DNA of 64,000 nt from contig CATNEN010000002.1 in assembly GCA_950097015.1 (NCBI GenBank), positions 8,432,001 through 8,496,000 on the forward strand. The letters are read 5' to 3'. The position numbers and the translations under genes were made by a program. Source of the stretch: Macrostomum hystrix. Taxonomy: Eukaryota > Animalia > Platyhelminthes. Positions 55,001-64,000 of the stretch are shown one piece after another. Each line of letters starts with the position of its first letter. Within the stretch, counting starts at the first letter, position 1. Below the pieces are notes generated by a model. It did no database searches. It was given only the letters and a program-made list of their open reading frames with translations, and had not been told where the DNA came from.

Positions 55001-56852
55001 CCCAACTGCTCCTGATCCTCAGACTGAATCCCAACTGGCTCTGATCCTCAGACTGAATCCCAACTGCTCCTGATCCTCAGACTGAATCCCAACTGGCTCT
55101 GATCCTCAGACTGAATCCCAACTGCACCTGATCCTCAGACTCAATCCCAACTGGCTCTGATCCTCAGACTGAATCCCAACTGCTCCTGATCCTCAGACTG
55201 AATCCCAACTGGCTCTGATCCTCAGACTGAATCCCAACTGCACCTGATCCTCAGACTGAATCCCAACTGGCTCTGATCCTCAGACTGAATCCCAACTGCA
55301 CCTGATCCTCAGACTGAATCCCAACTGGCTCTGATCCTCAGACTGAATCCCAACTGGCTCTGATCCTCAGACTGAATCCCAACTGGCTCTGATCCTCAGA
55401 CTGAATCCCAACTGCACCTGATCCTCAGACTGAATCCCAACTGGCTCTGATCCTCAGACTGAATCCCAACTGCTCCTGATCCTCAGACTGAATCCCAACT
55501 GGCTCTGATCCTCAGACTGAATCCCAACTGGCTCTGATCCTCAGACTGAATCCCAACTGGCTCTGATCCTCAGACTGAATCCCAACTGCACCTGATCCTC
55601 AGACTGAATCCCAACTGTCCCTGATCCTCAGACTGAATCCCAACTGGCTCTGATCCTCAGACTGAATCCCAACTGTCCCTGATCCTCAGACTGAATCCCA
55701 ACTGCTCCTGATCCTCAGACTGAATCCCAACTGCTCCTGATCCTCAGACTGAATCCCAACTGTCCCTGATCCTCAGACTGAATCCCAACTGGCTCTGATC
55801 CTCAGACTGAATCCCAACTGTCCCTGATCCTCAGACTGAATCCCAACTGGCTCTGATCCTCAGACTGAATCCCAACTGTCCCTGATCCTCAGACTGAATC
55901 CCAACTGCACCTGATCCTCAGACTGAATCCCAACTGCTCCTGATCCTCAGACTGAATCCCAACTGCTCCTGATCCTCAGACTGAATCCCAACTGGCTCTG
56001 ATCCTCAGACTGAATCCCAACTGGCTCTGATCCTCAGACTGAATCCCAACTGTCCCTGATCCTCAGATCGCACCAGTCCCTGATCCTCCGATCCCACCAG
56101 TCCCTGATCCTCAGATCCCACCAGTCCCTGATCCTCCGATCCCACCAGTCCCTGATCCTCAGATCCCACCAGTCCCTGATCCTTCGATCCCACCAGCACC
56201 TGATCCTCAGATCCCACCAGTCCCTGATCCTCCGATCCCACCAGTCCCTGATCCTCAGATCCCATCAGTCCCTGATCCTTCGATCCCACCAGTCCCTGAT
56301 CGTCAGATCCCACCAGTCCCTGATCACCATGGCATCGTTGATGGTGAGCTGGCGGATCACGCCTTTGCCATCCAGGATGACGTGAGCTCTGTTCAGCAGT
56401 TTGGCCTTGGCATCCCAGACGCCGGCGAAGCGACCGCTGAACCGTCCAGTGTGGTCGCAGACCACTGGAAATGGCAGGTCGCGAAGGCCGCCCCGCTCAG
56501 CCGGGATGTCCATCCATCGCTTGACCTGGTCGATGCTAGCGTCAACAACGCCGACAATGTATGCTTTGTGCTTGTCGTGCAGCTCCTTGACCATGAAGGG
56601 CGACACGGCGCGGAATTCGTCGAAAATGTTGCCGCCGGCGCCGGTGAGAATTTGCACAGCAGGTCCGTGGACAGGGACAAAGAGCAGCAGCAGGTAGCTG
56701 TGCGACATCCGGTAAGTGCACAGGCACAGCTCCTGTACACTGCCGCCAGCCAGGCTCATCGTATTGACATCATCCGGGACGACTTCGCCGACGGAAACTG
56801 GTCGGCCGACAAAGGCTGCGCCAGCGCAAGATCTGCAACTCGCCGCAGACAT
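52029..56852 (-). CDS. Prx1/AhpC-fold protein lacking the peroxidatic cysteine (pseudo-peroxiredoxin), 234 aa
   Basis: Exons 56852-56328 and 52205-52029, phase 0. RWMDIPAERGGL, ILDGKGVIRQLTIND|MVSRNVDE, GQVCPADWK and KYF align to PRDX1/2. The FYPxDFTFVCPTE motif is replaced by FVPVHGPAVQILT. Confidence 0.88.
53850..54370. repeat. 23-bp minisatellite (CCCTTCATTCCCTACAACCAGAA), Prx-like intron
   Basis: About 22 tandem copies. Confidence 0.95.
54835..56060. repeat. 29-bp minisatellite (GATCCTCAGACTGAATCCCAACTGGCTCT), about 42 copies
   Basis: Tandem units with GGCT/GCAC/GCTC/GTCC variants; contiguous with the 24-bp array. Confidence 0.97.
56060..56325. repeat. 24-bp minisatellite (GATCCTCAGATCCCACCAGTCCCT), about 11 copies, abutting the Prx-like donor
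   Basis: The first unit overlaps the donor context ATG|GTGATCAGGGACTGG. Confidence 0.95.
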
Positions 56853-57149
56853 TTTCAGGAGTGCGACAGCGCTCTGGCTGGCTCGATCAATGCGAAATCA
56901 GCTGCCTAGCTAAGTGCGCAATGCGTTGCAGTCGTTGAAGAAAGGAAACAACGGAATGCTAATCTGGCTCACTCATTTCTATTTTGCTCGCTTTCGCAAT
57001 TTAACATCCGGCTCCCACTGTTTCATTCTATTGGCTGTTAAATGCCATAGACAGAAATTCTTTACGGAGCCTGTGGGAAGGAACGCATGGACTTTTCACG
57101 ATAAATTTTGATCCGTTTGAAATGATTCATTTTCGAAAAACTTCTTCGA

Positions 57150-59550
57150 TTCTAGATCCATCCCACAACTCTAATCCATTCCACAACTCTAATCCATCCC
57201 ACAACTCCAATCCATCCCACAACTCTAATCCATCCCACAACTCTAATCCATTCCACAACTCTAATCCATTCCACAACTCTAATCCATTCCACAACTCTAA
57301 TCCATCCCACAACTCTAATCCATCCCACAACTCCAATCCATCCCACAACTCTAATCCATCCCACAACTCCAATCCATCCCACAACTCTAATCCATCCCAC
57401 AACTCTAATCCATCCCACAACTCTAATCCATTCCACAACTCTAATCCATCCCACAACTCCAATCCATCCCACAACTCTAATCCATCCCACAACTCTAATC
57501 CATTCCACAACTCTAATCCATCCCACAACTCCAATCCATCCCACAACCTCTAATCCATCCCACAATTCCAATCCATCCCACCACTCCAATCCATCCCACA
57601 ACTCTACTAATTCATCCCACAACTCCAATCCACCACACAACTCTAATCCATCCCACAACTCCAATCCATCCCACAACTCCAATCCATCCCACAACTCTAA
57701 TCCATCCCACAACTCCAATCCACCACACAACTCTAATCCATTCCACAACTCCAATCCATCCCACAACTCCAATCCATCCCACAACTCTAATCCATCCCAC
57801 AACTCCAATGCATCCCACAAATCTAATCCATATCATCCCACAACTCCAATCCATCCCACAACTCTAATCCATCCCACAACTCCAATCCACCACACAACTC
57901 TAATCCATTCCACAACTCCAATCCATCCCACAACTCCAATCCATCACACAACTCTAATCCATCCCACAACTCCAATCCATCACACAACTCTAATCCATCC
58001 CACAACTCCAATCCATCACACAACTCCAATCCATCCCACAAATCTAATCCATATCATCCCACAACTCCAATCCATCCCACAACTCCAATCCATCCCACAA
58101 CTCTACTAATCCATCCCACAACTCCAATCCATCACACAACTCTAATCCATCCCACAACTCCAATCCATCCCACAACTCCAATCCATCCCACAACTCCAAT
58201 CCATCCCACAACTCTAATCCATCCCACAACTCCAATCCACCACACAACTCTAATCCATTCCACAACTCCAATCCATCCCACAACTCCAATCCATCACACA
58301 ACTCTAATCCATCCCACAACTCCAATCCATCACACAACTCTAATCCATCCCACAACTCCAATCCATCACACAACTCCAATCCATCCCACAAATCTAATCC
58401 ATATCATCCCACAACTCCAATCCATCCCACAACTCCAATCCATCCCACAACTCTACTAATCCATCCCACAACTCCAATCCATCACACAACTCTAATCCAT
58501 CCCACAACTCCAATCCATCCCACAACTCCAATCCATCCCACAACTCTACTAATCCATCTCACCACTCCAATCCATCCCACAACTCTACTAATTCATCCCA
58601 CAACTCCAATCCACCACACAACTCCAATCCATCACACAACTCTAATCCATCCCACAACTCTAATCCATCCCACAACTCCTATCCGCCCTACAACCTCCAA
58701 TCCGCCACACAACTCAAATCCATCCCACAACTCTAATCCATCCCACAACTCCAAATCATCCCACAACTCTAATCCATCCCACAACTCTAATCCATCCCAC
58801 AACTCTAATCCATCACACAACTCTAATCCATCCCACAACTCCAATCCATCACACAACTCTAATCCATCCCACAACTCTAATCCATCCCACAACTCCTATC
58901 CGCCCTACAACCTCCAATCCGCCACACAACTCAAATCCATCCCACAACTCCAATCCATCCCACAACTCTAATCCATCCCACAACTCTAATCCATCCCACA
59001 ACTCTAATCCATCCCACAACTCTAATCCATCACACAACTCTAATCCATCCCACAACTCCAATCCATCACACAACTCTAATCCATCCCACAACTCTAATCC
59101 ATCCCACAACTCCAATCCACCACACAACTCTAATCCATCCCACAACTCTAATCCATCCCACAACTCTACTAATCCATCTCACCACTCCAATCCATCCCAC
59201 AACTCTAATCCATCACACAACTCTAATCCATCCCACAACTCTAATCCATCCCACAACTCTACTAATCCATCCCACAACTCTACTAATCCATCTCACCACT
59301 CCAATCCATCCCACAACTCCAATCCATCCCACAACTCTAATCCATCCCACAACTCTAATCCATCCCACAACTCTACTAATCCATCTCACCACTCCAATCC
59401 ATCCCACAACTCTAATCCATCACACAACTCTAATCCATCCCACAACTCCAATCCATCACACAACTCTAATCCATCCCACAACTCTAATCCATTCCACAAC
59501 TCTAATCCATCCCACAACTCTAATCCATCCCACAACTCCTATCCGCCACA
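57150..59550. repeat. 18-bp minisatellite (CTCTAATCCATCCCACAA), about 130 copies with block duplications
   Basis: Intergenic; the 18-bp unit produces the many WDGLEL/VVGWIR artefact ORFs. Confidence 0.97.
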
Positions 59551-60628
59551 CAACCTATACGTACTTCGCTCAGCAACCATTAATTGGTTATCCTTAGTAG
59601 GTGCACAAAAGTAGAATAATTGTATAGTACAGTATCAGAGCCACAGGTGCGAGAATTTCTTTCATAGTGATGATTGGCTACTTCAGTAGAGTGAGAGCAC
59701 ATAATTAACTCTTTGACAATGACATCGTCAGTCTAAATCAGACTTGGAGAATTACAAATCATCATCTAGGTGTTATAAAACTGTCGCTCAACATTACACT
59801 GCACGTTAAGTCGTCGACTAATTTAAATTTAGAGACCATTAGGATAATGAGCAAGGACATCGTGAGAAAATCAAGAGTAGAGACTGACACAAGCCCGTGG
59901 AGTGACTCACTGATATATGCTTTCCGGAGAGTCAGATCACAGCTTTGTGATTTCCTAATTGGCCACACTAGGATAGCAAGCTGAGGTTCCGTTAGAAAAG
60001 CAGCGAGTGACAGCCAGCACCATTGCTGGATAAACTGCAGATTTGGCTGACTGACAGCTCCTAAAGCCAACACTTTGTCACTCCACAGACTCATTAGTAA
60101 TGTTTCTTTAACCTTTTCCATTTAGTTATTTATTTCCAACAAAATACCTGACTACTATTAGTAGAACGCACAATAAGATATTAGCCTTCCTGAGGATGCA
60201 CGCCGCTGTCAGCTTGTAACTGTAAGGAGAGGACGCAGGGCTTAGCAGCTTGTGAGCAGAATTATTGAGGTCAAATGCACGTGCACATCTACATAGACAT
60301 TGTCCATGGACGGCTTTGGCTTTTAAGCCGCGAACGCTGTCAGAGCGATATTAAGATGAGATTTTTTGAGAATCAGAGACAAGGATCAGTGGGATTTAGG
60401 TAAGTCCTGAGAGAAGTGAAACGAGCTTCTTCTTACCATCTTCCTAGAGACCACAAAACACTAGGGAACAGCAGCAACAAATGAAACGATAAACTTTTCC
60501 GAGCACAGAAAAAACTCGAAAGCAAAGCAACTTAAACAGCTTTCGAATAACAGCTTTATTTCCAATAAATTTCTCATTGCTACATTCCGTCTTTTTTCAG
60601 CGCAACGAACACTGCCAATGAAAAGCTG

Positions 60629-63151
60629 TCACTCCAGTGCCTCAACTCGCTTCTGCGCCACGCGGTCCTGGCGCCGCTTCCTGGCCTCCTTGGCGCGGGT
60701 TCGCCTGGCCTCGGCCTGGTCCATGAGCTGCTTGGTGCGGGCCCGCTCAGCCTTCTTCCTGTGAATGTGCTCAACAAGGATGCGCTTGTTCTTGAAGCCG
60801 TTGCCCTTGCAGCTGACGTACAGCTGGTGGTAAAGGTGCTTGTCGATCTTCTTGGCCTCGCGGTAGCGCTTGAGCAGGCGGCGCAGGACTCGCATCCGGC
60901 GCATCCACAGCACTTTCTCAGGCATGCGGGCATTGGCCGTACCCTTGCGCTTACCCTGGCCCATGTGCCGGCCCTTGCGCCTGGCGATCAGGTTCTTGCG
61001 GCAGCGGGCGCGCGAATGGACAGCCACCGGTTTGCGAATGATCAGGCCGTCCTTAACCAGCTTGCGAATGTTCTGCCGGCTGTTGGCATTGGCAATCTCA
61101 CTGTTCTCATTGGGATCTAGCCAGATCTTGGCCTTTCCGCATTTCAGAACTGTGGCTGCTAGCCGCTTCTGTAGGCGCAGGTTGCTGTGCAGACAGGTTT
61201 GGGGTGAAATGATATCATTATTAACAAGCAGCAGTTGATTTTAAGTTTTTGAGTTCAAATCTCTGACCCTTCTCTGTCAGCATTCCCGACTAGCTTAAAT
61301 AAAACAGCTTGGTTAATTTTTAATAGCAGTGAGAGTACAAAAATGAATATTGCTGCCTTGTATTTCTAGGTTTGTATATCAGAAAGAGGTCAAGAGTTCG
61401 AATCTTAGCCAAAGAGAAACTTATTTGTCTCAGAGCAAGTCATTTTACTCATTTTTCTTTAGTTCACCCAGCTGTAAGATGGATAACAACACTAAATAAA
61501 TAGCTATATAAATAGAGAGGAGAAAAAATTCTTTTATTTCCAATACAGTACAAACAAAAGACTAAATTTATTCCCCAACTGTTTGAGAAGAGAAGATAAG
61601 TGAGACAGGGAGAGATAATTGAAGAAAGTACGAAGTATATAACAAGAACTATAACCTAGAACAACTTTTATGGCCAAATTTCAGATTTTACAATGTACAG
61701 ATATGAGATGGCATAGGGTTAGGAATGTTAGCTGCCAAGCTAAAAAATATAGGGATTTTGCCAAATTCAGGGGATCTGAGCTGATGGGCTATTTGAATTA
61801 CACCTATAGGAGTCCTTGTGGTGGCAACAGTTCCAACAGAACACATTAACTGCTCTGAATGTGTGAAGTACATGAAGATGACTACAACAAACTAACTTGG
61901 CATATACTTTACATTCTGTCATTTCAATGTTACTTTCTTATATTGTCCTAAACTCCAGAGTTAAGATGCAAGTTATTCTCATTGAAAATAATTTGACAAA
62001 TTATTCTGTAGAAAAGCTGGTTTGGCTTAAGCAAAAGGCTCAAAAAAGTGTCCAAGAGCAACTTCAAGTATTGTGAAATGATCTTGTCTGCACTACAGCC
62101 AATTAGTTACAGCAATAAGTACTTTTTTGGACACTGAAATTGAACTTATTGGCAAATAATTAATGCCTATAATATGTAATTGGCATTACTATAATTATAA
62201 TAGGCAGAGCTTATTCCCACGGTCCCGTGCCGATAATTTTCTGCTTATCCACACGGCAGCTTGTATGAATAGGTCTAAAACTCTTTATATAAATATGCTG
62301 TGTCATTAATTTCCATTTTATTCACACAGTTCTGTTCTTCGAAATGAGGCCCTTTCGGGTTTGAATGTTTTGTTGAACCCTCGAGCCAATAGATAGACTA
62401 AGTTGAAAGTTGCCAGTGTGTTACGACAGTTTTCTACATTTCGACCTACACATTTATTAACCGACATTAATGTCATCCTTTTTTATCGCAATAACAACTT
62501 AATAAATCTTTTGTCATTGTTACGTGTTTTCATTCGAATTGTATTGACTTAAAAAGTAAGAAGTCTATCAAAGAAAATCATACGAGTCAACCAGCAGAAT
62601 TCTAGTCAGCACCAAGCTCGTCACACATATTATATATCATTGTTATTATTTTACACTATGCATTGATAGTGTACAAAAGAGAAGAATAGGTAGGGACTTG
62701 AAAGTAGACCTATTCATACAAGCTGCCATGTGGATAAGCATAAAATTATTGGCACGGATCTGTGTGGATAAAATTGAAATTATCAGCACAGGACCGTGGG
62801 AATAAGCACTTCCTTACTAATAATACTAGCATAGCTGTGTTCAGCATACTGTATACCTTATCTTTGTACTTTCTTATCTTTGAACATTTTGTCCCTGTGC
62901 ATTGATCATGTTTATCTTATTTTTTTGTCATTTATTAGTGTAACTTTCATTCTTTTGTTCTCCATTTCATCCAAACCAAAATTTCGTCAAAAGATATAAA
63001 AAGTTAAGAAGGTAAATTTTTCTGTAAATTGCTCGGTGCCTTATTAACGGATAGGTTTATAAATTTACTGTAAATCTAAACGACCTCTTAATGTTAATCC
63101 AAAATGTTTCAAAGGGGGCATACAATGCATTAAATTTAAAGCTTACCTCAT
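60629..63151 (-). CDS. RPL19: 60S ribosomal protein L19 (eL19), 186 aa
   Basis: Exon 1 ATGAG|GTAAGC at 63151-63147; exon 2 61184-60629. Translates as [28 protein letters not shown]...[22 protein letters not shown]...[15 protein letters not shown] on the minus strand near 60556. Confidence 0.97.
62202..62814. mobile_element. MITE-like element with about 80-bp imperfect terminal inverted repeats in the RPL19 intron
   Basis: 62202-62277 (AGGCAGAGCTTATTCCCACGGTCCCGTGCCGATAATTT...GCAGCTTGTATGAATAGGTCTA) is the reverse complement of 62705-62814, apart from an about 35-bp internal insertion. TSD unclear. Confidence 0.75.
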
Positions 63152-64000
63152 TGTTTTGAACAAAAGCAAACACAACTATAATTCAAATAGACTTTCTTGA
63201 GTCTAAACGTAAAAAATAAACTAGCCTACTTTTATATACCTCTTCTACTTATATATACCTCTTCTACTTATATAGCGTAAGCACAAACAGTCCAAAACGT
63301 GTTATATTCTCCTATTATTACCTATTTTACAATCTCGTAGCCGCTAATCTGTTCTGAAACAAATGTTTTGTAATGTGTTTTGTAAAAAAATAAGTGATTT
63401 TGAATTGGATTTTCTACTTCCGTTTTTTGCTGCAATATTTCAAGGTTTGAGTTCTTTATTTATAATTAAACTAGCTTAGAGTATTTTTCAAACAACATTT
63501 TTTTTGTTTTAACCTACAGCTTTGCATTTAATTGTTCATGTTCGTCATTTTAAAAGAAAAATGTGCGTTTATTATATTTTTGTGGTTTTAAATGCTTATA
63601 ACGTTTGATGTCTAAACATACATACAACTCGACTTGATTGTATGCATATATTACGCCACAAAAATGTAGTTTTATTAGAATGCGCGCTTAACATATATGT
63701 AGCTCAGTCATTTAATGTGAAAGACTTGCAGTGGCATGTTAGGCCTAGTGTTTTTGGTACAAGTAGTAAGCTAACTTTTGTGTTTTACCAAATAGCCATT
63801 AAATTAAATGCTGTGTACTATACAAATTATATTATGCATTTTACTTTCATAGGCCTAGCTTGATCACACTTCATATTCATGACTGAGCAAGTAGTGTTTT
63901 GCCATAATTATTTTTACTGTTATAACCTCAACTGTAATTGTAGCTGTAGGGCCTAATCAATGGGTAATCCGCATAATTATACCATACTGTAAAATATGCA

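Noticed and set aside
56660-56690. Selenocysteine or sequencing error restoring the Prx peroxidatic residue
   Set aside because: The codon is CAG, the whole motif is diverged and the frame is open, so a single-base error cannot explain it.
57122-59407. WDGLEL / VVGWIR / HNSNPS repeat ORFs
   Set aside because: Produced by the 18-bp array, whose unit is a multiple of 3.
59762-60121. 119-aa minus-strand ORF downstream of RPL19
   Set aside because: No recognisable motif or supporting splice structure.

Overview
Eukaryotic (animal) genomic DNA. GC-rich coding exons, GT-AG introns, a candidate trans-splice acceptor and extreme minisatellite density suggest a flatworm such as Macrostomum; this is an inference, not verified. 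Positions 1-13.3 kb are an AT-rich transposon graveyard: a tRNA-derived SINE, two frameshifted orphan ORFs (one loosely like a negative-strand RNA virus nucleoprotein), an internally deleted Helitron with a nested hAT MITE, a decayed MULE/SWIM transposase and a Ulp1-protease/PHD remnant. Positions 13.6-63.2 kb hold six spliced genes reconstructed exon by exon: SHC adaptor (+), a divergent Gs-like G-alpha (+), tectonic (+), an atypical O2-sensor-type soluble guanylyl cyclase with a CaaX end (-), a peroxiredoxin-fold protein lacking the peroxidatic Cys (-) and RPL19 (-). About 30 distinct minisatellites (14-45 bp units) fill most larger introns and spacers between 13.8 and 59.6 kb. Several abut splice sites or look like amplified splice signals, and two face each other as inverted repeats across an in-frame exon. 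The leading candidates for novelty are this splice-signal-linked minisatellite system, the pseudo-peroxiredoxin, a CxxC-x23-CxxC insert in the G-alpha and the orphan virus-like ORF. Exon coordinates were read by hand.
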